From a virus (lineage: Duplodnaviria; Caudoviricetes), in the IMG/VR virus record IMGVR_UViG_3300020050_009209: a stretch of 64,000 bases of DNA. The stretch is one strand, 5' to 3'. The position numbers and the translations under genes were made by a program. Below, piece by piece: positions 53,166 through 62,414 of this stretch (position 1 is the stretch's first letter; every line of letters starts with the position of its first letter). Below the pieces are notes generated by a model. That model had not been told where the DNA came from. It did no database searches and saw only the letters and a program-made list of their open reading frames with translations.

Positions 53166-54251
53166 GTGGTTGATATTGCTGTCGATGCGAGCCTTCTTGG
53201 GGATGCTTCGGTAACCTCTGATGTAGTTGCCATTTACGCCCTAGCCTCCTCCCCTACAGGAGATGCTACTCTTGGGGTAGTAGATCCTACTACTCAATGG
53301 GCCCTTGGGTCATCTCTTGCAGGGGATGCTACTCTTGGAGTAGTAGACCCTACCGTGCAGTGGGCGCTTAATGCCTCCTTAGATGGAAGTGCTGACGTTC
53401 TGATCATTCAGAACTTCCATGCCGTGGATGCTACGCTTAGCGGAGATGCCGCACTAGCAGCTAGTCTTACTGCGCAATGGGCGTTGGGTACCTTGTCTCT
53501 CGATGCCGGAGCCACCCTTGGCGTAGTAGACCCTACGATTCAATGGGCGGTCGCAGCGACCCTTCTTGCAGATGGTACACTAGGGGTTGTAGACCCTACC
53601 CTACAAGGCGCCTTGGCCGCTACTCTATCGGGAGACGCCACCGTAACCTCTGATCTTGCCGGACAGTATCCGCTTGTCGTAACGTTCGCTGGGTCTGGGG
53701 ACTTTGTTGCGACAATCCTACAGAACCCACTATTCGCAAGCCTAGATGCGTCTGCGGACCTGACAGCAGTACCTACCATGGTACTCTCCCCTTCGGCAAT
53801 CCTGATTGGAGATGCATCGGTCACCTCCGCCCTGAACGTTTTCGTGGGTCCGGTTACAGCTCTGCGCTACGGGGTCCCAAGTAGGCGAGCTGAGGCGTCC
53901 AAGGTAGTCTTCGATCAACTAGACTTGTTCCTTGCAGACGGTAAGACTAGGGCCCAAGATGTTCCTGTCTCAGCTCTCTACCTCAGAGTCTACGTCAATG
54001 GTACACAGGCTGACTGGCCCTTGGTGTCAGGGGCTGGAGTCACGGATGTGCAGATCGCTGCGGGTAAGGTCTACTGGACGGAGTTCTCTACCGGGTTCTA
54101 CAGTGTTCGATTCTTCCCCAACCAGATCGGTATCTGGCGGGTAATCCTGACCTACCCAATCTACGACCAAGCTGTATCGCTAAGCTATGATGTGGTACCT
54201 CAAGTTGGGTTCCCAGGCGGTCTAGGTCTAAGGTCTTCTTTCATAGGTTGA
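53166..54251 (+). CDS. DATL-repeat fibre-like protein with C-terminal beta domain
   Basis: GGAGG RBS; four GDATLGVVDPT.QWAL-like repeats. Confidence 0.65.
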   Translation: MVDIAVDASLLGDASVTSDVVAIYALASSPTGDATLGVVDPTTQWALGSSLAGDATLGVVDPTVQWALNASLDGSADVLIIQNFHAVDATLSGDAALAASLTAQWALGTLSLDAGATLGVVDPTIQWAVAATLLADGTLGVVDPTLQGALAATLSGDATVTSDLAGQYPLVVTFAGSGDFVATILQNPLFASLDASADLTAVPTMVLSPSAILIGDASVTSALNVFVGPVTALRYGVPSRRAEASKVVFDQLDLFLADGKTRAQDVPVSALYLRVYVNGTQADWPLVSGAGVTDVQIAAGKVYWTEFSTGFYSVRFFPNQIGIWRVILTYPIYDQAVSLSYDVVPQVGFPGGLGLRSSFIG

Positions 54252-54257
54252 GGGGAA

Positions 54258-54449
54258 ATGTCACATCAACTACTACAGGTCATTGATTGCGAGCAAACAA
54301 GGGAAATTCGGTATGTGGATAACACCTTGATACCTAGCAGTCATATCAGCAACTTCTTAAAGGTGATCAGCCCATCCGGTAAGGAGTACACTCTTCAGTG
54401 CTCAGAGGACCTCCTTGAGGAGTTGTTCCCAAGCCCAGTAGAGACTTGA
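54258..54449 (+). CDS. small hypothetical protein
   Basis: GAGGGG RBS; 63 aa. Confidence 0.5.
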   Translation: MSHQLLQVIDCEQTREIRYVDNTLIPSSHISNFLKVISPSGKEYTLQCSEDLLEELFPSPVET

Positions 54450-54482
54450 TGCTCACCCTAGCCAACAAGGAATGGTAACTCT

Positions 54483-54962
54483 ATGGCCTTCCCAGGAGTG
54501 TTCAAACGAGGCTATGTCTTCCAAAGAGGGGATCTGCCTCTCTTCATTACGGACTCTAGTGGGAATGCGACCAACCCTTACAAGGTGACGTTCACTCTAT
54601 ACTACCGTGCAGGTAATAGTCCGTGTGAGCTTCAGGTTGGACCTATAGATCGAACCCCCGTTCAAGCGAAGATTGGGGAGTACTATGTCTCTGGGGTTGC
54701 TGGGGAGTGCGGTCAGCCAGGCCAGTGGTATGTAGAGTGGAAGTACCAGGAGTCCTTTGGGTCTCAGTGGGTGACCGACAAGATGGGGTTCAGTGTGTTT
54801 GAGACGACCCAATTCGCACCAGTGACCTACACAAGTTACCCTTGCGGCTGTGGAAACTCTTCGGGATGTGGGTGCACGATTGCCAACCCCCGTGGAGGGT
54901 GTCAGTGGGGCTGTCGGAACTCTTGTCTCCAAGTATCCTCTTGCGGAAAGTACGGGTGGTGA
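54483..54962 (+). CDS. virion protein; N-terminal domain paralogous to next gene; Cys-rich tail
   Basis: RGDLPLFITDSSG..RTP..GEYYVS versus REDLNLFLTNASG..RTP..GEYYAS; CGCGNSSGCGC tail. Confidence 0.65.
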   Translation: MAFPGVFKRGYVFQRGDLPLFITDSSGNATNPYKVTFTLYYRAGNSPCELQVGPIDRTPVQAKIGEYYVSGVAGECGQPGQWYVEWKYQESFGSQWVTDKMGFSVFETTQFAPVTYTSYPCGCGNSSGCGCTIANPRGGCQWGCRNSCLQVSSCGKYGW

Positions 54963-54965
54963 GTC

Positions 54966-55856
54966 ATGGGTGTAGGTCTTCTTAGAGGTCAGCAGCTGGG
55001 TAGGGAGGACCTGAATCTCTTCCTAACAAACGCTTCCGGGCACCCCGTCAATGCGGCAGAGATAAGCTATGCTATTTATGACTTCACGACTGGGCTAGAG
55101 GTATTGGTTGGTAGTAACCAGCGAACCCCTCTAAACCCAACCGTAGGGGAGTACTACGCGAGTATCATTATCCCCTTGGATGCCAATCTAGGGGAGTACC
55201 GTATACGTTGGGCAATCCGAGAGCTAATTGGTGGGCCACTCCAGACCGTAGTTCAAGAGTTTAGCGTTCAAGACCGAGATATGGTCATGCCAACGTGCTT
55301 CACTCCTACTCAAACAGACCTGATTCGCAGATTGCGAATGGTACTTAGAGATCAGAACCCTGATAAATTCTACCGCTTCCGGCCCCCAGCTCACGAGGAA
55401 ACGGTCAACCAATTCAGTCGGGTGTTTGGTTACATCTGGGAGGATGCAGAGCTGCTAGAGTACCTTGAGAGGTCTCTAGACATGATCATTGCGTCCCCTC
55501 CTAGGACCCCATTCAATGGTATTGATCAGATGACTCAAATACGACCCGAGTGGAGGACGCTCCTCATCACGGGTGGGATGTTCTGGGCCCTTCAAGCACT
55601 GCAAATTAACTGGACGGCAGATGAATTTAATTACAGTATCGGCGGAATTTCCCTCGACTTAGACAAGTCAAGTAAGTATGACACTCTGAAACAAGGGGCA
55701 AGCGACCAGTTCGATAAGCAGCTTGAGAAGGCGAAAGCAACCGTCAAGTTCATCAAGGGGCTACAGCAGCCTAAGTATGGGATGGGCGTGCGAAGCGCCT
55801 TCGGTCCTTTTCAAAGTAGGGGCGCAGTATCTCCGCGAAAATTCATGGGAATTTAG
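54966..55856 (+). CDS. probable head-tail adaptor/neck protein
   Basis: LIRRLR..LRD, WEDAELLEYLE, FNYSIGGISL.LDKSSKY helical adaptor-like pattern; position downstream of capsid. Confidence 0.6.
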   Translation: MGVGLLRGQQLGREDLNLFLTNASGHPVNAAEISYAIYDFTTGLEVLVGSNQRTPLNPTVGEYYASIIIPLDANLGEYRIRWAIRELIGGPLQTVVQEFSVQDRDMVMPTCFTPTQTDLIRRLRMVLRDQNPDKFYRFRPPAHEETVNQFSRVFGYIWEDAELLEYLERSLDMIIASPPRTPFNGIDQMTQIRPEWRTLLITGGMFWALQALQINWTADEFNYSIGGISLDLDKSSKYDTLKQGASDQFDKQLEKAKATVKFIKGLQQPKYGMGVRSAFGPFQSRGAVSPRKFMGI

Positions 55857-55874
55857 TTTTTCACCATATCGAGG

Positions 55875-55903
55875 TTGACTCATTCGTTGTTTTGATCCAT
55901 ACT
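55875..55903 (+). promoter_or_regulatory. sigma70-type promoter (leaderless)
   Basis: TTGACT-17 bp-CATACT, then 7 nt to ATG 55911. Confidence 0.7.
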
Positions 55904-55910
55904 TAGGCTT

Positions 55911-57299
55911 ATGCCAAACAAGGGTCGTTGCGTTTGTCCTGCGTGTGGGAAGAACCTAGCTCCAAAGAGTATTCACGCTCATACTCTTGAGTGCGTGGAT
56001 TGGAAGACGAAGTACGGTGATCCTTACCCCTACTTCAAGTTCAGTGGGACCCCCCACCAATACTCTGACGTAGCTCAGGATGGCACCGACTATGTTCGAT
56101 GTCGGGTGTGCCTTGAGTATGGGTGGGACTTTCGGTTCAAGCGCATGATGGACCACTTAAAAGGGGTACACGGGCTTAGTGAGGCTCAGTATCTACTAAG
56201 GTTCCCTGGGGCACTAGTGAGGTTGTCGTCTACTCTAAGTAAGAGGCAGGGGACGGTACAGGATAGGTTTGGGGTTAGTAACGTTTTTCAAGCTGAAGTA
56301 GTCAAGGCTAAGTCCAAAGCCTCCTTGCTTGAACATCACGGGGTAGCCAATCCAATTCAAGCCAGTTCGATACGAGCAAAGATCGATGCTACAAATCTTG
56401 CTCGTTACGGGGTGGCTAACCCTTTTGCCTCCTTGGAGGTGCAACAACGTATTCGAGCCACCAACCTCGAACGATTTGGCGTCGAGAACCCTAATCAAGC
56501 TCCTGAGATCATACAACAACGTATAGCTACCAACCAGGAGCGATATGGTGCAGATCACTACTTTGAGACTACCGAGTTCAAAGAAAAGTTCAAGGCAACT
56601 TCTTTGGGGAGGTATGGCACTGAGCATCCTATGCAGTCTCCAGAGGGTAGGTTACCATGTGAAACTAGTATGATTTCTAGTCTTGGTGTTGCATACCCAT
56701 TTAGATCTGATGTTGTACAAGGTAAGGCCTACGCCACATCCGTTGCGAACCATGGGGGGCAGCACCACCTTTCTGATCCAGCAATCATTGAGGCACGGAA
56801 GCAGCACTTGATGGAGCTTTACGGGGTAGATAACATCTCGAAGGTACCAGCGGTTAAAGAGCGAATCATAGCTAAGATCAAGGAGCGTTTTCGAGACGGA
56901 GCTATCCCTCGTATTACGACTCCAGAAAGGGTATTTAGAGACCTTGTACCCGAGCGTGTGGTATACTCTGGAGACTTTGCGTACTGGGTAACGTGGACAA
57001 ATGGGAGACGTAAGAACCCAGACTTCGTGGTACTAACCGAGGAGCAGTATGCAGCGTATAGAGCTGGAGTCCCCTTGGGGGATTTGCGTACCTACCTTGT
57101 GGTCGAGGTCAACGGGGTTTGGTGGCATACTAAGCACAAGAACATGACGCGCGAGGCTAGGGAGAAAGAGTTCGTAGAGGGTTATGCCTCAGTTGGTGTG
57201 AGTTGCTTGGTTGTTTGGGAAGACGATCTAGAGACCAAGCTAGAATCAATTCAGCAGCAGGTCAGTGCCTTTCTGGTGCAACCGAAGGTTAGAGGTTAA
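55911..57299 (+). CDS. homing-type endonuclease: Zn fingers, YGVxNP repeats and Vsr/PD-(D/E)XK-like domain
   Basis: CPACG..H..C, CRVC..HL..VHG, about 8 (Y/F)GV.NP.Q-like repeats, NPDF..VVEVNGVWWH..LVVWEDD. Confidence 0.75.
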   Translation: MPNKGRCVCPACGKNLAPKSIHAHTLECVDWKTKYGDPYPYFKFSGTPHQYSDVAQDGTDYVRCRVCLEYGWDFRFKRMMDHLKGVHGLSEAQYLLRFPGALVRLSSTLSKRQGTVQDRFGVSNVFQAEVVKAKSKASLLEHHGVANPIQASSIRAKIDATNLARYGVANPFASLEVQQRIRATNLERFGVENPNQAPEIIQQRIATNQERYGADHYFETTEFKEKFKATSLGRYGTEHPMQSPEGRLPCETSMISSLGVAYPFRSDVVQGKAYATSVANHGGQHHLSDPAIIEARKQHLMELYGVDNISKVPAVKERIIAKIKERFRDGAIPRITTPERVFRDLVPERVVYSGDFAYWVTWTNGRRKNPDFVVLTEEQYAAYRAGVPLGDLRTYLVVEVNGVWWHTKHKNMTREAREKEFVEGYASVGVSCLVVWEDDLETKLESIQQQVSAFLVQPKVRG

Positions 57300-57300
57300 T

Positions 57301-57567
57301 ATGCCCCCCAAATCCAGATCAAACAACGTTGACATCACACCAGCGGAAGCCTTTGAGAAGCAGGTTTCTGGGATCGCTAACACTCTTGCAGAGATTGACT
57401 GCGGCGCGATTCACGGCGGCAACTGGCGCTTGCCGTGCCAAATCTGCATCGGTCGAGAGCGGGACCTTGGGAAGCAACTCCTGAGCGCAATCCAGGATGA
57501 GTCGGTTCGGAGGATGGTGCAGCGAGGACACGATGCCCGCGATGGGAACAAAAAGCGGGGCCCATGA
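57301..57567 (+). CDS. hypothetical protein
   Basis: GAGG RBS; C..H..C..C cluster. Confidence 0.55.
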   Translation: MPPKSRSNNVDITPAEAFEKQVSGIANTLAEIDCGAIHGGNWRLPCQICIGRERDLGKQLLSAIQDESVRRMVQRGHDARDGNKKRGP

Positions 57568-57591
57568 CGGTGTTTGGTGTATATCCTGCCA

Positions 57592-58233
57592 ATGCGAGTC
57601 ACTTGGATCACGTACGGGCAACTCAACGAGATGCAACGCGAGGAAGTCTCTTTCCATGTGAAGGGCAAGCATGTCCATGACCTTGGAGCTGGAAACGGCA
57701 ACCTCTCTCTAGAGCTTTTGAAGCTCGGGGCAGCTAAGGTTACGGCAATTGACAAGCACCCAACCCTTGTGACTACAGACCCTCGGCTGGAGGTCCTGGA
57801 AGGATCTTTCCAAGACTTTCAAGACTTGGCACCTGAGGTAGCGTTTGTCTCTTGGCCCTCAAACCATCCAAATCCCTATCTTCGGCAAATTTGCCGTAGG
57901 GCTAAGGTTGTGATATACTTGGGGAAGAACACGGATGGTTCCGCATGTGGACAACCGGAGTTCTTTGACGACCAACTCTATCGAGAGCTTCTTGCTTACC
58001 ACAGCGATCGATTCAATACACTTGTAGTCGTGGGTGGGGTGCAAGATCTCAAACGCCCTCCGATGGGGGAGGAGCTAGCTGGGCTCAACCTTTACTCAGG
58101 TCCAGTAATGTACTACGACCAAGTAGAGAGGGGAAGAGAAGTGCCTGTAACTCATCGGAGCAATTACGATTTTCTTCCTACGCTCCACGTAGATCAAGTC
58201 AAGTGGGAGGACGAGTGTGAGGGGGGACAATGA
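57592..58233 (+). CDS. class I SAM-dependent methyltransferase-like protein
   Basis: VHDLGAGNG..VTAID motifs I/II, FVSWP. Confidence 0.75.
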   Translation: MRVTWITYGQLNEMQREEVSFHVKGKHVHDLGAGNGNLSLELLKLGAAKVTAIDKHPTLVTTDPRLEVLEGSFQDFQDLAPEVAFVSWPSNHPNPYLRQICRRAKVVIYLGKNTDGSACGQPEFFDDQLYRELLAYHSDRFNTLVVVGGVQDLKRPPMGEELAGLNLYSGPVMYYDQVERGREVPVTHRSNYDFLPTLHVDQVKWEDECEGGQ

Positions 58234-58562
58234 GGCGAGACATTTCAGCGGACCCGAAAGCCACCCACTACTGCAAGTATTGTGGGTTAACAATGCAACC
58301 CGACGACGTGATCGAGTGCCCGGTGTGCGACGGTGACTTGTGTGATCCGAAAAAGCGCGAACCTGGTAAGGCGGCAACTACCTACCAGAGCAGGTACGAG
58401 GATGTTCAACGAGCAATTCAAACCCCGGAGGATGCACTCCAGAAGGCTCAGGAGTGCCTTCCGAGTTTGAAGGGCGCAAGTGTAGATAACCTTGCGGATG
58501 TGCAAGCCGCTCTTGTCACCTTAGCTCGCAAGGTGCTAGAGTTAGAGTACGAGTGGAGTTAA
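58230..58562 (+). CDS. zinc-ribbon hypothetical protein
   Basis: CKYCG..CPVC; ATGA overlap. Confidence 0.6.
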   Translation: MRRDISADPKATHYCKYCGLTMQPDDVIECPVCDGDLCDPKKREPGKAATTYQSRYEDVQRAIQTPEDALQKAQECLPSLKGASVDNLADVQAALVTLARKVLELEYEWS

Positions 58563-58563
58563 G

Positions 58564-58752
58564 ATGCCAACCTACGAATACATTTGTACGTCTTGTGAGA
58601 AGGAGTGGGAGCAATTCCAGTCTATTACTGAGCCTCCCACACAGGAGTGCTTACACTGTCAAGCACCTACTGCGAAGAGGGTGATTAGTAAGGGCACTGG
58701 GTTCCAGCTTATGGGTAAGGGTTGGGCAGCTGACAACTACTCAAAGGATTGA
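58564..58752 (+). CDS. FmdB-family zinc ribbon protein
   Basis: MPTYEYIC..C..EQFQSI.E....C..C..KRVIS..F...G.GWA.DNY. Confidence 0.85.
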   Translation: MPTYEYICTSCEKEWEQFQSITEPPTQECLHCQAPTAKRVISKGTGFQLMGKGWAADNYSKD

Positions 58753-58755
58753 AGA

Positions 58756-58959
58756 ATGGAACAACCCCCGCTAATGTGCCCCAAGCACCCTGAGGAAGGA
58801 CTCCTCAGGGAAGAGTATGGACCTGATGGTCGAACAGGGTTTTGCCTTAAGTGCTTACAGCATTACAAGCTCTGTGACGTTTGTCTGTACACGAGTATAT
58901 GCCAGGACCTTCTAGGTCACCCTGGTGAGCATGTTGATCGTCGGGGGATCAGATGGTAA
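58756..58959 (+). CDS. small Cys/His-rich protein
   Basis: AAGGA RBS; CPKH, CLKC, C..GH.GEH. Confidence 0.55.
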   Translation: MEQPPLMCPKHPEEGLLREEYGPDGRTGFCLKCLQHYKLCDVCLYTSICQDLLGHPGEHVDRRGIRW

Positions 58960-59414
58960 TCGAGTTCTACAGCCCCACCAATGCCTATGGGGCCTTTTCC
59001 AACTTCTCTAAGCACGCAGTGAGGCTTGACGGGAAGACTTGGCCTACGTCGGAGCATTACTTTCAGGCGATGAAGTTTGAGGGTACTCCAGTCGAAAGTA
59101 CAGTACGGAAGGCCTATAGCGCTGGGGAAGCTGCTAGGATTGGCCGGGACCGAAGTAACCCACTCCGTAAAGACTGGGAGGCAGTCAAGGATAACGTTAT
59201 GCGGAAAGCTGTCTACGCTAAGTTTACACAGCATGACGATCTTCGTGAGCTTCTACTCTCTACTGGAGACCGAAAGCTTGTTGAGCACACTGAGAGGGAT
59301 AGCTACTGGGGAGACGGTGGTGATGGTTCTGGGAAGAACATGCTGGGGGTAATCCTGATGGAGACCCGAACTCGCATTAGAATTAGGACCAACGCACACA
59401 CACTTGAAGAGTGA
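58953..59414 (+). CDS. NADAR (YbiA-like) hydrolase
   Basis: FSNFS, WPTSEHYFQAMKF, R.DWE.VK..VM, KFTQH, LLSTG..LVEH..DSYWGDGGDGSGKNMLG.ILM..R. Confidence 0.93.
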   Translation: MVIEFYSPTNAYGAFSNFSKHAVRLDGKTWPTSEHYFQAMKFEGTPVESTVRKAYSAGEAARIGRDRSNPLRKDWEAVKDNVMRKAVYAKFTQHDDLRELLLSTGDRKLVEHTERDSYWGDGGDGSGKNMLGVILMETRTRIRIRTNAHTLEE

Positions 59415-59541
59415 GCGTTACGGGTACGGAAGCTATGGAGCTAGACTTCCTTGAGTCTGGAGTCCCACCAAGGAGACTTTTGCACTAGACTTTGGACTTC
59501 GCTTGGGGTATGTGTGATGGTAACTTTCACGAGGAGATGAG

Positions 59542-59883
59542 ATGACTACAGAAGCTACAGTAACTGAAGAAGAAGTTCCGACCCAGAAGAAGGTCCTGAC
59601 GATTGAGGACCCTATTGACGAGGAGACCTTGGAACGTTTCAAGACCCTCCAGGGGGTTCGGATGCAGTGTGCGGAGCGCCTTTTGGATCTAGAGCAGGAG
59701 AAGGTTCGCACCCTCCGTATGGCAGCTGGAATTGACCAGGATCGCCAGAAGGTTTTTGAGGCTCAGTTGGTAGCTCGCGGGCTTCCCCCTAACTTCCCTG
59801 TCGAGATTGATGCTACCACTGGGAAGATTACTCCCGTGGGCCAAGTCGAACAGGTTGTTGAGGCTGTTGACCAGCCCTCCTGA
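59542..59883 (+). CDS. hypothetical coiled-coil protein
   Basis: GAGGAG RBS; followed by a terminator. Confidence 0.65.
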   Translation: MTTEATVTEEEVPTQKKVLTIEDPIDEETLERFKTLQGVRMQCAERLLDLEQEKVRTLRMAAGIDQDRQKVFEAQLVARGLPPNFPVEIDATTGKITPVGQVEQVVEAVDQPS

Positions 59884-59905
59884 AGTTTGAAGTGAAGTGA
59901 GACCT

Positions 59906-59941
59906 AGAGGGGGAGTGAGCCAACGGCTTACTCCCCTTTCT
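59906..59941 (+). terminator. rho-independent terminator
   Basis: AGAGGGGGAGTGAGCC-AAC-GGCTTACTCCCCTTTCT. Confidence 0.8.
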
Positions 59942-59961
59942 ACTTATGCCCTGTACCAAGT

Positions 59962-61377
59962 ATGGTAGGGCAAAGAGATCGGACCCCTCAGCTACTGGAG
60001 ATGACGAAGCTCCCGTGGCCAGCACCTCCACTAAACATCTTCATGTTAGATGGTACGAGAGGGACTATAGACCTCCGTTGGGATGACCCCTCTATACTGA
60101 CGTTGAATAGTGGGTTTCAGTTACTTGGGGTGAATGTCTACCGGTCGTTCGACTCTGAGTTTGGACCTTACCATCGGATATCCGACCTACCCATTGGGGC
60201 AACCTTTTGGAGAGACCAGACAGACAACGAGTTGATTGTAGAGGAGGACGTATCCTCAAACTTCATCCTATTTGGAGCCTCTCGATCTGCAAGTGGGTCT
60301 GACGCGCCTAGGTATGTATTCAAGACCCTACGCTACCCCATTGTTAAAGCAGGTAGTGACAGAGGACTACCCACAAACACTCCTGGAGATGTTCGAGTTT
60401 TCGTGGATGGGGTGGAGGCAAGAGTTCTTCGGGTAAGTGGAGCTACGGGAGAGGTTGAGATTGACGCTAACATCTATACAGAGGTGGGCCGTCAGAAGAC
60501 CATAGCCCCTATTTTGCCCACCACGACAAGCAGGGTAACGTGTACTTACCTTTACCCAAGGTCCGTCCTCAAGACAGACCTGAGTCAGCGTATCTTCTAC
60601 CGCGTTACCACGGTAGGTATTCCTGTAAGTTGTAACCCAGCACTTGCCACGGCTCAAGACCTCGTGGAGACTCCACTAGAGCATGCTGCGGCTACGAATA
60701 CGTTTGAGATAGAGAAGCTTGACTATATCTGGAGGGAAGCCATTCGACGAAATCGATGGATCCTTCAGCAGGGGGGAGAGAGAGCCAGCGTCTTCCTACG
60801 CAAGAATGTGGGCGTCCCTTGTACCTGTGTGTCCCCTCACCACAAGCAGCCAATCTCCGACTGTTACCTATGCTACGGGGTTGGAGTTGTTGGGGGCTAT
60901 GAGGGGCCCTATCCAATCCTGATTGCACCGGATGATGCTGAGGTGGCTATTAGGCAGACAGAAGCAGGTCGAGTTCAAGGGCACACCTATGAGGTATGGA
61001 CAGGACCCACCCCTCTTCTTAGCCATCGTGACTTCATCATGAAGGTCAATGGGGACAGGTATTCTATCGGCCCCGTACGGATGCCCTCTAACCGTGGTAA
61101 CATCCTACAGCAACACTTCTCTATCTCGTCCTTCGATGACAAGGACATTCGATACAAGGTGCCTGTAGGTAACCCTGTAAAGTACTCCGCTGTGCAGTTT
61201 GTTCCTTCGGGGCCAGAGTACGAAGCAAGTCAAGAAGTTACGAACAACCCTAATGTAGGGGATGAGCGTGAGCTTAAGGGGCGGACTTTGGCTTGGAAGA
61301 ACACTAGTTACGGTATTCTACTTTTGCTTGGGTACTCCTTGTTGGAGGCCTCTCATGTCGTTTCTAGGATCGTGTAA
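59962..61377 (+). CDS. probable neck/head-closure protein (FN3-like N-terminus plus zinc-binding domain)
   Basis: LRWD..GVNVYRS..Y.RI FN3-like region; GGE...F.RK..G..C.C...C..CYG.G..GGY. Confidence 0.6.
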   Translation: MVGQRDRTPQLLEMTKLPWPAPPLNIFMLDGTRGTIDLRWDDPSILTLNSGFQLLGVNVYRSFDSEFGPYHRISDLPIGATFWRDQTDNELIVEEDVSSNFILFGASRSASGSDAPRYVFKTLRYPIVKAGSDRGLPTNTPGDVRVFVDGVEARVLRVSGATGEVEIDANIYTEVGRQKTIAPILPTTTSRVTCTYLYPRSVLKTDLSQRIFYRVTTVGIPVSCNPALATAQDLVETPLEHAAATNTFEIEKLDYIWREAIRRNRWILQQGGERASVFLRKNVGVPCTCVSPHHKQPISDCYLCYGVGVVGGYEGPYPILIAPDDAEVAIRQTEAGRVQGHTYEVWTGPTPLLSHRDFIMKVNGDRYSIGPVRMPSNRGNILQQHFSISSFDDKDIRYKVPVGNPVKYSAVQFVPSGPEYEASQEVTNNPNVGDERELKGRTLAWKNTSYGILLLLGYSLLEASHVVSRIV

Positions 61378-62414
61378 AGTATGTGGTAAGCTTCTGCGTA
61401 GCTATCGTGGAGTAGCAAGTCATTTGAGACCAGATAGAGTGAATGCAGCGCACGGACCATTACGCGAAGAGTGGCTTCGATGGAGAGATACCTATCGAGT
61501 AGTATTGAAATGTCGAAAGTGTGGGGTACCCTGGGAGGTTAATTCAAAGTCCGAGAGTAACAGAAAACGTTGCCCCTCTTGTTGTCAACTTCGTAGGAGT
61601 TTGGGTAAGCTGGGGTACGAAAAACATGACATCTCACCACCACCTCCTAAGCTAGACCCCCACTAAGTCATCGTTTTGTTGGCAGAGGGGGGATCCTACT
61701 TACCTAGAAATTGAATCCGGTCTGTGGCGAGAAGACACCACGGTCCGTAGTCTTTTGAGGGATCTCAGTCTAACCTACATCGCCTTTCGTGCTATAGCTG
61801 AGGATATTCTTGGTTTGGTTGGATATCAAGAGTGGGCTAGAGCTAGGAGGCTAGAAGTTACCAAGAAAGCTTACACCGCAGCACGAAAGGCCTACTCTAG
61901 CTTAACACCAGAGGGGAAGGCAAAGAGGCGTAGTGCGATGGCTAACCGCCCCACCCTTCTTGAGCTTGGCATGGTTGATCAACTCCGTGCTCAAGGGGTT
62001 AACTCTTTGGAGCTTAACGTCTGGCAGTCAGTTCCCATAAGGGGACAGATGGTTCCGCGAGAAGCAGACATTAAGATCTCTATTGGAGGTGGTCGAAAAG
62101 TGGTTGTATTGTGTGATGGGGAAGCTTTTCATGGGCCCCGCATGATTTTCGGGAACCCTCAAGATCGTATTCTTGCTGACACTGAGACTGCTGAGGCTTA
62201 CTACGCTTTGGGCTATAGCGTCGTACGGTATTCGGAGACGGAGATTAAGTCTGGGGTTGCAGTAAAGCACATGCTGGATGTCCTCAAACGGTTAGACGGA
62301 TGTAGAGCTATTTATCGAAACTGGTGCCCAAGTGAGGAGAGGGTCTCCTCTCCTAGTACCTTACACCTAATCCACTTATCCGTTGGAGCTGAGTATGACA
62401 AGCAAGCTAACTGA
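61355..62414 (+). pseudogene. Zn-finger plus Vsr/DUF559-like endonuclease, split by a +1 frameshift at a C5 run (61657-61661)
   Basis: GGAGG-ATG 61355; CKVC..H, CRKC..CPSC; second frame open from 61656 to EADI..VLCDGEAFHG..GYSVVRYSETEI. Confidence 0.7.

Noticed and set aside
59441-59500. Four GACTT copies in an intergenic gap as an operator array
   Set aside because: The copies are short and irregularly spaced, and cannot be distinguished from chance.
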